Source: a bacterium (GTDB taxonomy: Bacteria; Vulcanimicrobiota; Xenobia; Xenobiales; Xenobiaceae). From it: a DNA stretch of 64,000 nucleotides. The stretch covers positions 399-64,398 of the forward strand of contig JAUNIO010000011.1 in assembly GCA_030535355.1 (NCBI GenBank). The letters are read 5' to 3'. Within the stretch, counting starts at the first letter, position 1, and each line of letters opens with the position of its first letter. The notes beneath the pieces were generated by a model that searched no databases, had not been told where the DNA came from, and saw only the letters and a program-made list of their open reading frames with translations. The translations under genes were made by a program, and so were the position numbers. This document shows, one piece after another, positions 54,368 through 64,000 of the stretch.

Positions 54368-55003
54368 ATGTTTAAAAGACTTTTTTCCCGAAAACCATCA
54401 AAGGAAGACATAGAAAAAATGGCCGAAAAATACCGCGGGCTCGTCCCCTTCAGCCCCAGCAAAGCTCCCGAGATCACCGAAGTGGTCACCGTCAGCTTCC
54501 AGACCGACGCCGGCAACTTAACCATCGAGGTCTATCCTCAGGCTGCGCCCAACGCCGCCAAACGCTTCATTGAATTGGTCAAAACCGGTTTCTACGATGG
54601 CACCCCCATCTTCCGCGTTGTCAACAATCCCCGTCCTTTCGTGGCTCAGTTTGGCATCAACTGGAGACCGGAGCACAAGAAGTGGCAGCACGACAACTTC
54701 AATGACGATCCCAGCTTGTTCCAACTGCTGCCCGGTACCTTAGCCTTCGCCAAAGCCGGCCCCAACACCAACAGCACCCAAATTTTCATCAACTACGGTG
54801 ACAACAGTTTCCTAAAAGACAACGGCGGCTTCTCCACCTTTGCCAGAGTAACTGAAGGTTATGAGGTAGCGACCTCCTTCGTCTCCGTCGGCAGCCCCGA
54901 TATGGGATTGGATCAGGGAAAGCTTTGGGATAACGGCGATAAATATCTGCAAAGCCTGCCCAAAAAGCCCAACATGATTCTCAGGGCCCAGGTTATCAGC
55001 TAA
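54368..55003 (+). CDS. Cyclophilin-type PPIase, no signal peptide
   Basis: 'GFYDGTPIFRVV', 'AQFGINW', 'AFAKAGPNTNSTQIFIN'. Confidence 0.85.
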   Translation: MFKRLFSRKPSKEDIEKMAEKYRGLVPFSPSKAPEITEVVTVSFQTDAGNLTIEVYPQAAPNAAKRFIELVKTGFYDGTPIFRVVNNPRPFVAQFGINWRPEHKKWQHDNFNDDPSLFQLLPGTLAFAKAGPNTNSTQIFINYGDNSFLKDNGGFSTFARVTEGYEVATSFVSVGSPDMGLDQGKLWDNGDKYLQSLPKKPNMILRAQVIS

Positions 55004-55200
55004 CCCTCATGGCCAACGCGCTGCCCCAGCACAAAAGGCAGTACAGCATCGATATATATTAGAAGAACCGCCTGAATTGCCGCGCAGGCTCTTGCAGACA
55101 GTTCAGGCGGTCTAAAGGTAGCTGATCGCTATGGAAACGCTGAATTAATCAGCGTTTCCCTAAATGTTATTACAGTATAGCTAGAATAAGGAGAGCCTCC

Positions 55201-56997
55201 ATGAAACATCTGCGCAGTATCTTAACCGGAACGCTGTTCCTAGCTTTGGTTAATACCGCAAACTCAGTTCCTGCCGATAATTCCGCCTGGCGCACAGAGG
55301 AAAAGAGCAGCGGATGCGTCTTTATGCTGGCTCAGCAAAATATCGACCCTGAAATCCTCAAACTGGAAAAAGCTTACAAAGCCGATCCCAAAGACATTAA
55401 CAGGCAAACCGCCTACAGCACAGCGGTGACCCAGGCGATGCAGAGAATGCAGGCGCAGGGCCGCAGCGATCAGGCCATCGCTCTGGGCGAACGCGCCGCC
55501 GCTTTAATTCCGCAGAATGTAACGCTAATGCATCTCCTAGGCAACTGCCTCTTCGACCGCTTTTGCTATTCTCAGGATGCCAAGGATTACCAAAAAGCCA
55601 AAAACGCCTGGGAGAGATTGGTTAAAGCTTATCCCAATTCCCCCGATGCCATGCTGCTTTTAGGTCTTAAAGCCTATGAAAACGGTGAATATACAGCAGC
55701 CTTGCCCCACTTTCAGAGAGCTTTCAACGCCCGGCAGGGCGATCCTTACACTTTAGCTTTTGTAGGCATGACCCTGACCAAACTGAATAATTTTCAGCAA
55801 GCAGCGCAGGGATACGGTATGGCTTACAACAAACTCAAAACCAATCCCGCCTTTTTAGCTTCTCTAGCCAGCGCCTACCAGTCTTTAGGCCAGCAAGATC
55901 TGGCCTCCCAGCGCTTGGCAGAGGCCAATAAATACAAACATCCCAGCAAGCCGCTGCGCACCTTAACAGACATTTTCCCTACCCAGGCGGCTAAAACGCC
56001 TTCCTCAAGCGGTATTCCTTCAGCCCCAGGCACTGCGATACCCGTTTCTCAAGCCACTCCCAGCTCCAGTTCCGTTATTCCGGCAGCCTCCGCCAACGCC
56101 GCTAAATCATCTATTCCTAACCCTACTCCTAATTCTGCCTCTGCCGTTCCTACCGCCCTAACCTCAGCCGCCCATCCGGCTAACACTTCTCCGGCGGCAG
56201 GACCGTCCGGCAGCCAGCCTGTAGAAACCTCACCATCTGCCTTATCCCCCCAAAAAGCCCTATCACCTAACCAAACCGCTCCGCAGACTAGCTTAAATAG
56301 CCAGCCGCAAACTGGCAGCAAGCGCCAGGAGCTGGCCAACGATCAAAAGACTGCTGCTGAGCTAAAGCCCACCCCCAACCCAAACCAGAAAACTACCCAA
56401 GAACCGAATCCAAACGCCGCCAATCCTTACCGCGGCTTAGTCCCATTTCCCGGAGTCACTCCCCCGCCAATCACTGAAGTAAAAAAGGTTCTCATCTCTA
56501 CAGATGCCGGCGATATCACCGTTGAAGTTTACCCTCAGGCCGCGCCCAACGCTGCCAAACGCTTTTTGGAATTGGTAGAATCCGGCTTCTACGACAACAC
56601 CCCTATTTTCCGAGTAGTCCGCATGCCTCAGCCCTTTGTAGCCCAATTTGGCATCAACTGGCGTCCCGAGCACAAGGTCTGGCAGCACAAATATTTTGAC
56701 GACGATCCGAGTCTGTTCCAGCTGCTGCCAGGCACTTTAGCCTTTGCCAAAGCCGGGCGCAATATCAACAGCACCCAGATTTTTATCAATTACGGAAACA
56801 ACAGCTTCTTAAGAGAGCAGGGCTTCACCACCTTTGCCCGCATCAGCGAAGGGCTGGACAAAGCCCAGCAGTTTCGTTCTGTAGGCAATCCCAGCACGGG
56901 CCTGCCTCAGCAGAGTTTATGGGAAGATGGCGAAAGCTTCCTAAAACAGCAAACTGTTAAGCCCAATATGATCATAAAAATGCAGATCGTAGATTAA
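55201..56997 (+). CDS. Exported TPR plus Pro/Ser linker plus cyclophilin-domain protein
   Basis: Signal peptide; TPR-like repeats ('GEYTAALPHFQRA'); low-complexity linker; C-terminal cyclophilin very similar to 54368-55003. Confidence 0.82.
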   Translation: MKHLRSILTGTLFLALVNTANSVPADNSAWRTEEKSSGCVFMLAQQNIDPEILKLEKAYKADPKDINRQTAYSTAVTQAMQRMQAQGRSDQAIALGERAAALIPQNVTLMHLLGNCLFDRFCYSQDAKDYQKAKNAWERLVKAYPNSPDAMLLLGLKAYENGEYTAALPHFQRAFNARQGDPYTLAFVGMTLTKLNNFQQAAQGYGMAYNKLKTNPAFLASLASAYQSLGQQDLASQRLAEANKYKHPSKPLRTLTDIFPTQAAKTPSSSGIPSAPGTAIPVSQATPSSSSVIPAASANAAKSSIPNPTPNSASAVPTALTSAAHPANTSPAAGPSGSQPVETSPSALSPQKALSPNQTAPQTSLNSQPQTGSKRQELANDQKTAAELKPTPNPNQKTTQEPNPNAANPYRGLVPFPGVTPPPITEVKKVLISTDAGDITVEVYPQAAPNAAKRFLELVESGFYDNTPIFRVVRMPQPFVAQFGINWRPEHKVWQHKYFDDDPSLFQLLPGTLAFAKAGRNINSTQIFINYGNNSFLREQGFTTFARISEGLDKAQQFRSVGNPSTGLPQQSLWEDGESFLKQQTVKPNMIIKMQIVD

Positions 56998-57381
56998 GAA
57001 AACCGATCTTGCCTGCCTACACCCTACAGGTAAACTTTTGACGAATAGTTATCTTATGCTATAGGCCAAACTATATGCGGGCGTGAGAGCGGTGATGATT
57101 GTATGCAAGCTGCCTCTCCCCTGTCAGCGAAGCTTAAGTAAATGGCTTTGAAGCCTTAGTAAATGGCGCTTGGCGAATACAGAGCAAAAGGTTAAAGAAT
57201 AGTTAATTAATAAACTTGACTAATAAAGAAGGCAATGTACTGCTACGCTCCGAAAACAAACTATTGTAATGCGCTAAAAATGCGCTAAAAAAAGAGTCAC
57301 GCTTTAGGCCTTTAACTTGAAGCCTAGCGGGCAGGTGTCGGCGCTAAACGTCGCAGCATAAGCATGGAAAGGCAAGCAATC

Positions 57382-59073
57382 ATGAAATTATACAAGTACA
57401 TCTTAATTGCGGGTTTGTTATGCTCCATGAGTCAGCCGCTCTTGGCTGATAACAATCTTTACACTCAAGCCCTGGAAGCTTATCAGAAAAAGGACTACAA
57501 ACTGGCTAATAGGCTCATAGATCAGTTCATTGAAGCCAACCCGGACAACCCCAACGGCCACGAGGCTAAAGCCATGATTTTGGCCAATATGAGCTATTAC
57601 GTTAAAGCTTTGGCCCAGCTCAAACAGGTACTCGAACTAAGTCCTAAAAATCACCGCGCTGCCGAATCTTACGGTGCCATTCTGCAGCGTGCCATCAACT
57701 ATCACGTAAAAAACGGCAAGTTTGATGAAGCTGTGGAATTAGCTCAGCAAAGCATAGGCGTCATACCCGAGTATCAGGCTACCAGCAAAGGGCAGGCTGC
57801 CGCCAGCTATGCCTGCGGCATCGCCTATTTTGAGCGCTGGTGCAAAACTGACAATCCCGAAGATTACACGAATTACGTGAACTTCATGAAAAAAGTCTGC
57901 GATCTGGACCCCGTGTCTCCGACAGGCGAGATCATGACCGGCATTGGTGCCTACAACAACGGCGATTATCAGAACGCTCTCAATCATTTCCAAGTTGCTA
58001 AAACGCTGCGCTCTTCCAACCCCACGGCCATTATGTGGAGCGGGCTGGCCTATTCGGCCTTGGGTTCTTACGATTTAGCTATGCCCGAATTGACTGCCGC
58101 GAAAAAGACCTTCAGCAGCAACCCCAACATCTCCGCTTCTATTGCCGATGTCTATGTAGCTCAGGGCGACTATGAAAACGCCAAAATTGAATATATGTCC
58201 GCCCGCAGCCTCAAACCGCACAACGGCGATCTGCACTACGCGCTGTCCAATCTCTTTATGATGACGGGAACAGCAGCGGAGGGAATTAATCTCTTAAAAG
58301 AAGAGATTAGCCAAGACCCCAACTTCCAAAGTTTCTATCATTTAGCGCTAATGCAGCACCAAATGGGCGATTACGCCAGCGCACTGGCGACCTGCCAGCA
58401 GGGCTTGTCGGTGGCTTCGGCACCCTGGGAACGCACGCAGCTCAACACTCTGCGCGCCCTCATCGCTTTCGACCAGAATCCCGCTCAGACAGAAGTTAAG
58501 CTGTCCGACGCCGATCTCAAAGCTCTGGAAGAGCGTCAGGACCCCGCTTACTGGGTATATATGAGCTACACAGATCCTAAAGAACCGCAGCGCGAATTAA
58601 ACGCCCGCAAAGCCCTGCGCGAAGTTGGGCCGCACAACCGCTGGCTTCACGCGCAGGCCTTCAAATCTCTGTCCCTCAACAAGCAGGAAGCCAAGCAGCC
58701 CGTCTGGGCCTTGGAAGCGCTGAACCAAGCCTGGATGCGCACTCCGCAAGGTTCCCAATCTTTAGACTCCATGAAAAAGCGTTTTGATGTGCTCAAGGCC
58801 GAAGCTATTGACTATTTAGGCAAAGAGGTGCTAAAGGCGGGCAAGAACAAAGATGCCAACGGCGCGGCGCGTCTGGCCCAGCTGCAAGCTCAGCTGCAGG
58901 CTGTGCAAAATGCTTCTTTGGGCAATCCCGGCAGCCGTTTCCTGCCCACCATGCGGGCCCCCGAATCATGCCCCATGATCGTACCCGCTGAGACCGATCC
59001 TTCCTTGGCCAACCTGTGCAACGCCTACAGCGAGCCCATCAGATGGATGGTATTTAAAGATACCACTAACTAG
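57382..59073 (+). CDS. Exported tetratricopeptide-repeat protein
   Basis: Signal MKLYKYILIAGLLCSMSQPLLA; repeated 'GDYQNA', 'GDYENA', 'GDYASA' TPR helices. Confidence 0.82.
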   Translation: MKLYKYILIAGLLCSMSQPLLADNNLYTQALEAYQKKDYKLANRLIDQFIEANPDNPNGHEAKAMILANMSYYVKALAQLKQVLELSPKNHRAAESYGAILQRAINYHVKNGKFDEAVELAQQSIGVIPEYQATSKGQAAASYACGIAYFERWCKTDNPEDYTNYVNFMKKVCDLDPVSPTGEIMTGIGAYNNGDYQNALNHFQVAKTLRSSNPTAIMWSGLAYSALGSYDLAMPELTAAKKTFSSNPNISASIADVYVAQGDYENAKIEYMSARSLKPHNGDLHYALSNLFMMTGTAAEGINLLKEEISQDPNFQSFYHLALMQHQMGDYASALATCQQGLSVASAPWERTQLNTLRALIAFDQNPAQTEVKLSDADLKALEERQDPAYWVYMSYTDPKEPQRELNARKALREVGPHNRWLHAQAFKSLSLNKQEAKQPVWALEALNQAWMRTPQGSQSLDSMKKRFDVLKAEAIDYLGKEVLKAGKNKDANGAARLAQLQAQLQAVQNASLGNPGSRFLPTMRAPESCPMIVPAETDPSLANLCNAYSEPIRWMVFKDTTN

Positions 59074-59195
59074 CGGCCCCGCAGCCTTTAGCAGCAGCAT
59101 ACAGACCTTAAGATTATTCCAACTGTCTATTTGCTTCTGCCAACGTTCAGCTGTATCTGCCAACTGAATAAGAAACGTGCACAAGTAATTTTCAG

Positions 59196-59228
59196 CCCTT
59201 CCGCATATGAAGCGGAAGGGTCTTTTTT
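59196..59228 (+). terminator. Intrinsic terminator
   Basis: CCCTTCCGC-ATATGAA-GCGGAAGGG followed by TCTTTTTT. Confidence 0.75.
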
Positions 59229-59327
59229 AACATTTTTACTATTTACTTTAATTGCCGTCGTATTGATATAGAGGATGAACTGCATAGTCAAGTCAGCTAT
59301 TTTGCAAACAGTATTGCGAGGTCAATC

Positions 59328-60440
59328 ATGGATAAAGTTTCTGGCAGCAATAATAATACTCAGGTATATGCCAATCAGAACAGCGCACAGGTGCAGCAGA
59401 CCGACAGCCAGGCCAGGGAAACCGACAGTGCTGCCAGCAGCAGTTCAGGAGTTCAGGAACAGGAAGACGCGGCTGAGATCAGCGTTTTCGGCAATAATAA
59501 TGAAGATGAAGAAATCGTAGAATTCGTCGATTTAGATGACGACGAAAATGAAATTCCCTACACCGAAGAGGAAATGAGTGCGCTGGGCTACGCCGATGAA
59601 GACGATGATCTTATCATAGAAGAAGTAATTTTAGATGATAATGAATTGGCTGTAAGCGAAGTGCGCGGAGACGAATTCTTGCAGAGCGAAGAATACTTCC
59701 AGCGGCTTAGCGCTGTCATGGAGAAACAAGAGAACTGCCAAGTCCTCTATAACAATGTTAAAAATACCAAGCAGCGCAATTACATCAAAAATCACACAGA
59801 AGATTATATCAGCATGAAGAAAAATGGCTACGATGACTTTTATGATTTCATGGCCGAACATGATGGTATAACGAAAGAAGAGGCCAAAGCCTATGTGGAG
59901 AGCAGACTGCAGGAAGTGAAAGAACAATACGAAGGACGTGCAGTAGCCTGCATGAGCGCTCTCACCATTATGGAAATAGCTGCTGATTATGGGGTGAAAT
60001 TACCTTACAACGATGCCAGTACCCCTAGTCACCTTGCCAAAGATATTGATCCAGCCGTTGAATCTGACTGCGCTAACTTCGTCAGCTGGGCACTGGACCA
60101 GGCGCACCCGGACGATATTTATTCCATGAATGTTGGCCAGCTAGGCCTAGGTTACTCCAACGACGATATCAACGTAAAAAATACCAAAGATTACACTTCA
60201 CTTCAGGCCGGTGACGTATATACCAATGGCTCTCAGCACGCGATGATGATCGTTTACAATAATCCAGAAAAAGGTATCATCATTCTCGCCGAATCTTCGG
60301 ATCAGCTGAACGGTGTACAGATGCGGGAATTAACTTACGAACAGGCTCAGAAGAACAGAAAAGATGGCTACACTGGGGTTAATGCCAGCACAGTGTACGA
60401 TGGCACAGCCAACTGCTACAATTATGGCCGCACTCACTGA
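59328..60440 (+). CDS. Acidic protein with C-terminal NlpC/P60/amidase-like papain-fold domain
   Basis: 'SDCANFVSWAL', 'LQAGDV', 'HAMMIV', 'ILAES'; Q/S/N-rich then D/E-rich N-terminus; no signal peptide. Confidence 0.68.
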   Translation: MDKVSGSNNNTQVYANQNSAQVQQTDSQARETDSAASSSSGVQEQEDAAEISVFGNNNEDEEIVEFVDLDDDENEIPYTEEEMSALGYADEDDDLIIEEVILDDNELAVSEVRGDEFLQSEEYFQRLSAVMEKQENCQVLYNNVKNTKQRNYIKNHTEDYISMKKNGYDDFYDFMAEHDGITKEEAKAYVESRLQEVKEQYEGRAVACMSALTIMEIAADYGVKLPYNDASTPSHLAKDIDPAVESDCANFVSWALDQAHPDDIYSMNVGQLGLGYSNDDINVKNTKDYTSLQAGDVYTNGSQHAMMIVYNNPEKGIIILAESSDQLNGVQMRELTYEQAQKNRKDGYTGVNASTVYDGTANCYNYGRTH

Positions 60441-60514
60441 TTTGCTATAAACAGCCGTCTTACATTTATACCATCGATTAAAGGCTGGTCAGCCCCCATA
60501 GCGAAGCAAAACGC

Positions 60515-61678
60515 ATGGATCAAGACCAGCCTTTAACTTTGCACATCACCACCGTCGATCTCACTCCCTGGTGCTTTCTGCGCTCCTGGTTTCGCTGCCT
60601 TAGAGAGCACGGCTATCCCGTGGTTTTAGCCTGCACGGTCACCAAGTTTCGCGCCGATCTCGAAGCCAGCGGCGCTGAAGTCATCGACATCCCCATCGCC
60701 AGACGCATCTCTCCCCTCCAGGACTTTATCTCCCTGCTGAAACTCATCCGGCTTATTCGCCGCCTGCGCCCCCAACTGGTGCACACTCACACTTCCAAAG
60801 CTGGCTTTATCGGACGCCTAGCCGCCCGTCTCTGCGGAGTGCCCCACATCGTCCACACAGTTCACGAACTGCCGCAAAACGCCGCCCACAGTCCCTGGCT
60901 CATCAAATTCTATCAATATTTGGAAAAGTTCGCCGCCCAATATCTCTGCGACCATCTGATCACCGTATCTCAGCCGAATTACCAGCAAATAACCTCCTTA
61001 GGAATAGCTTCTCCCGAAAAACTCACCTTAATCCGCGAAGGGCTGGACCACAGCAAATACGAGCCCTATCACAGGCAGAACGCTCCCGGGCAGCGCAGCG
61101 CCGCTGAGATACGCGCGGAATTTGCGGTACCCGATGGCGCTCCGCTCATCTGTTCGGTAGGCAGGCTAGAAGAAGCCAAAGGCCATAGCGATCTGCTGCG
61201 CGCTTTTCAGCAAGTCAGCGCCATTTTGCCTCAGGCGCGTTTAGTCATCGTAGGCGGTGGGCACCTTCAGGGGCAGCTGCAGAAAGAGCTCCTAGAGCTG
61301 GGGCTGCAGGGGCACGCAGTTCTAGCGGGATGGCGCGACGATATGCTGGACATCTTGGCTGCCTGCGATTTATACGCTCTGGCCTCCCATTATGAAGGCT
61401 TAGGCATCGCCACCATGGAAGCCATGGCCTTAGAGCGCCCCGTGGTCTGCACCGGAGTGGGCGGTGTGCTTGACGTGGTCATCGACGGAGTTACAGGGCA
61501 TCTGGCCCCCGCTCACAATCCCCGGGCTTTTGCAGAAAAAATGCTCGATCTGCTGAACAATCCAGACAAAGCCCGTCAGTTTGCCGAAGCGGGCTATAGA
61601 CGGGTACAGGAAGAATTTCACGATGATACCGCCAATAAAGCGACCCTGGCGCTTTATCGCGAGATTATGAGCCGCTAA
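60515..61678 (+). CDS. Glycosyltransferase family 4
   Basis: 'VHTHTSKAG', 'VGRLEEAKG', 'SHYEGLGIATMEAMA'. Confidence 0.92.
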   Translation: MDQDQPLTLHITTVDLTPWCFLRSWFRCLREHGYPVVLACTVTKFRADLEASGAEVIDIPIARRISPLQDFISLLKLIRLIRRLRPQLVHTHTSKAGFIGRLAARLCGVPHIVHTVHELPQNAAHSPWLIKFYQYLEKFAAQYLCDHLITVSQPNYQQITSLGIASPEKLTLIREGLDHSKYEPYHRQNAPGQRSAAEIRAEFAVPDGAPLICSVGRLEEAKGHSDLLRAFQQVSAILPQARLVIVGGGHLQGQLQKELLELGLQGHAVLAGWRDDMLDILAACDLYALASHYEGLGIATMEAMALERPVVCTGVGGVLDVVIDGVTGHLAPAHNPRAFAEKMLDLLNNPDKARQFAEAGYRRVQEEFHDDTANKATLALYREIMSR

Positions 61679-61781
61679 ATCATCATGATTTTCCCCTGCC
61701 TAAAAAGCCGCTGCTTCACAGCCCGCCTTATCAGCGCCGTATCAGCAATGCTGTGCTAAATGGCCTTGTTCCCAGCCAGCT

Positions 61782-62426
61782 TTAGAGCAGCAAACTACAG
61801 ATGGGGCAGTTAGCCGCCTCGTGCTGGCGAGCGGGACAGTATTCGCGCCCAAAATAAATCAGCTGCAGATGGCGGCGATACCAGTCAGCGGGCGGAAACA
61901 GCTCTTTTAAATCGGCTTCTATCTGCTTCACGTCTGCGCTGGCGCTCAGCCCCCAGCGCTGCGCCAGGCGCCGGATATGCGTATCTACGGGAAATGCCGG
62001 AACGCCAAAGGCCAGCGCCATCACTACAGAAGCGGTTTTATGGCCGACCCCGGGCAGGCTTTCCAGCTCAGCAAAAGTGCGCGGAACTTCTCCAGCAAAT
62101 TCTCGGCAGAGTTTTTGACTTAGAGCCGCGAGATTGCGCGACTTCGTAGGGGCTAAGCCTAAGCTGACAATAATGGGCAGAATTCCTTTCTCACCTAAAG
62201 CGGCCATAGCTTCAGGGGTGCTGGCTCGGGAGAAAAGCTCAGGAGTTACCGCATTGACTTTTTTGTCAGTGCACTGCGCTGACAGCAGCGTGGCCACCAA
62301 AAGAGTAAAGGGATTAATAAAATCTAAAGTTGGCTTTACCTGGGGATAAATTCTATCGAGTACTCCAGCTACAAGTTCAGCGCGGCGCTGGCGTTCATTA
62401 GGGGAACTGCCATAATTATTCGACAT
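61782..62426 (-). CDS. nth: Endonuclease III
   Basis: 'LLSAQCTDKKVN', HhH 'LPGVGHKTA', 'VDTH', 4Fe-4S 'CPARQHEAANCPICSL'; start reassigned to MSNNYG. Confidence 0.93.
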   Translation of the reverse strand: MSNNYGSSPNERQRRAELVAGVLDRIYPQVKPTLDFINPFTLLVATLLSAQCTDKKVNAVTPELFSRASTPEAMAALGEKGILPIIVSLGLAPTKSRNLAALSQKLCREFAGEVPRTFAELESLPGVGHKTASVVMALAFGVPAFPVDTHIRRLAQRWGLSASADVKQIEADLKELFPPADWYRRHLQLIYFGREYCPARQHEAANCPICSLLL

Positions 62427-63378
62427 CGATAATCCTCGCTCTCGGTTCACTGTCATCATTATCTTCGCGGCGCTGCGAAGCAGCTACATTGCGGAAGAGG
62501 GTTTCCGTGTCGATATTAGCTCCCTGTCTAGGCGCAGCTTGCTGAGGCACTAAACGCACTAAGCGCCAGCCCATAGCCCCCGGGACCAAAACCAGGCGCT
62601 CGCCGCTGGGCAAAAGCACGCCCTGCCTCCAATCGACGCTGCTGCCCCCATATTGAGCGGCCATCTGGCGCATCATCTCTCTCTGGCGTATCATATTGAG
62701 TTCATCGCTTCCGCCTTTCCACACGAAGAAAGCGATGAACATCAGCATCATACTTCCCCGCCCCGTCAAGCCGTAAACGAAAAAACCGGCCGCCAAAAAT
62801 TTAGCCACATACACGGCGATCTCCGTCGCTCTGAGATAGGGAAATTTAAATCCCAATAAGGCGCGCAGCACACGGCCACCATCCATGGGAAAAGCCGGCA
62901 GCAAATTAAAGCCCAGCAAACCTAAGTTCAGCATTATCAGCCAATGCAGCAGCAGATCGATCAAACCAGCCTCCCAGCTGCCCCAGCCCAAGCTAAAAGC
63001 AACTCCGCTGTACAAATAGCGGATGCCGGAGAACAAAGCCGCCAACAGCAGATTTACCGCCGGGCCAGCTAAAGCCACCACCAGCTCTTCTTTGGGCTTT
63101 TCCGGCATACGCTGCAGGCTAGCCACGCCGCCAATGGGCAAAAGCATAATATTGCGCGTCGCAATGCCAAAATGCTTAGCCGCCAGCGAATGACCCATTT
63201 CGTGCATGACCACAATGGTAAAAGTAATCAGCACCAAACCCACTTCAAAAAGAGCAAACATCATGCTGTCAGTTTTCAGCAAACCACTAATCAGAAAATA
63301 ACCCAGCAACAAAAAGAAAGTTACGTGAACATATAGGTCTATTCCCAGCAATTTGCCGCATTTATATGACCAACGCAT
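62416..63378 (-). CDS. Site-2 protease (peptidase M50)
   Basis: 'HEMGH', 'ALAGP', 'NLLPAFPMDGGR'; no CBS pair. Confidence 0.92.
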   Translation of the reverse strand: MRWSYKCGKLLGIDLYVHVTFFLLLGYFLISGLLKTDSMMFALFEVGLVLITFTIVVMHEMGHSLAAKHFGIATRNIMLLPIGGVASLQRMPEKPKEELVVALAGPAVNLLLAALFSGIRYLYSGVAFSLGWGSWEAGLIDLLLHWLIMLNLGLLGFNLLPAFPMDGGRVLRALLGFKFPYLRATEIAVYVAKFLAAGFFVYGLTGRGSMMLMFIAFFVWKGGSDELNMIRQREMMRQMAAQYGGSSVDWRQGVLLPSGERLVLVPGAMGWRLVRLVPQQAAPRQGANIDTETLFRNVAASQRREDNDDSEPRARIIDVE

Positions 63379-63518
63379 AATGCACCTCAATGTTATCGAC
63401 TATTTTGTTAACTAATTAATCAATCAATACAAATTTGTACGACGCTGCTCCAACTCTACCTGCCGTTTTACGATCAGCAGCGTTCTCACAGCCTGTCTGC
63501 AGAAGGATAGATAATCCC

Positions 63519-63998
63519 TCAAAAAACAAATTCCCGCTGCAGGCGAGGAATTCCAATCCAAGCCAAGCTGTTTTCCACCAATTCCTTTAACGGCCCCCGC
63601 TGACAGGTAAACGGCGGCAAAGAATTGATAATATTTCGTCCGTAATATTTGGTCTCTAAGCGCGAATCTAAAATCAAAACGACTCCCCTGTCTTCAGTGC
63701 TGCGGATTAGTCTGCCCATACCCTGGCGCAGTTTGGTAATCGCCAAGGGGATTTGGTACTCTAAAAAAGGATTGCCGCCCTTTTCCTCCACGCTGGCAAT
63801 TCTGGCTTTGTGAATGGGTTCTTCGGGAGATACGAAAGGCAGTTTAAACACTATTACGCACTGCAGGGCGTCGCCTTTAACGTCTATGCCCTCCCAAAAT
63901 GAATCGGCACCTAGCAAGAGGCATTTAGGTTCCGTGCTAAAAGTATGGGCTAACGCACTGCGCTCACCTTGTCCCTGAATTAGAACGCGAATTCCACT
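63519..63998 (-). CDS. dinG: DinG/YoaA family helicase, C-terminal part (5' end outside window)
   Basis: 'SFWEGIDV', 'KLPF', 'RQGMGRLIRS', 'ILDSR'; frame open to the window edge. Confidence 0.88.
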   Translation of the reverse strand, partial: SGIRVLIQGQGERSALAHTFSTEPKCLLLGADSFWEGIDVKGDALQCVIVFKLPFVSPEEPIHKARIASVEEKGGNPFLEYQIPLAITKLRQGMGRLIRSTEDRGVVLILDSRLETKYYGRNIINSLPPFTCQRGPLKELVENSLAWIGIPRLQREFVF

Positions 63999-64000
63999 GC

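Noticed and set aside
55119-55131. 13-bp match to repeat module A (TAGCGATCAGCTA, minus strand)
   Set aside because: Too short to count as a copy without statistics; the flanks do not align.

Overview
Bacterial chromosomal window, about 50% GC in genes with AT-rich intergenic gaps. An SLH-anchored outer-membrane protein suggests a diderm Terrabacteria-type organism; Eremiobacterota/Vulcanimicrobiota is a low-confidence guess. Housekeeping genes: trkA, mtnP, two fadD-like ligases, deoB, tex, two CBS/TlyC genes, slyD, a PPi-type phosphofructokinase, frameshifted prfB, secA, nth and a partial dinG. Highlights: (1) an alpha-2-macroglobulin followed by two paralogous ~890-aa signal-less coiled-coil proteins with C-terminal CHAP domains and two paralogous small exported proteins, resembling an effector/immunity locus, plus a third signal-less NlpC/P60-like protein at 59.3 kb; (2) a methyltransferase, SPL-like radical SAM, PGM1-like ATP-grasp ligase and MFS exporter cluster; (3) a complete type I toxin-antitoxin locus missed by the ORF track at 52.3-52.6 kb and an orphan antitoxin copy at 48.3-48.4 kb, together bracketing the last three genes of that cluster; (4) a modular dispersed intergenic repeat family with at least seven fragments; (5) a GH57 with substituted catalytic motifs, a prfB frameshift site without its internal Shine-Dalgarno, and three tandem cyclophilins. 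No rRNA, tRNA, CRISPR array or transposase was seen. All calls come from reading the sequence and recalled motifs; no searches were run.
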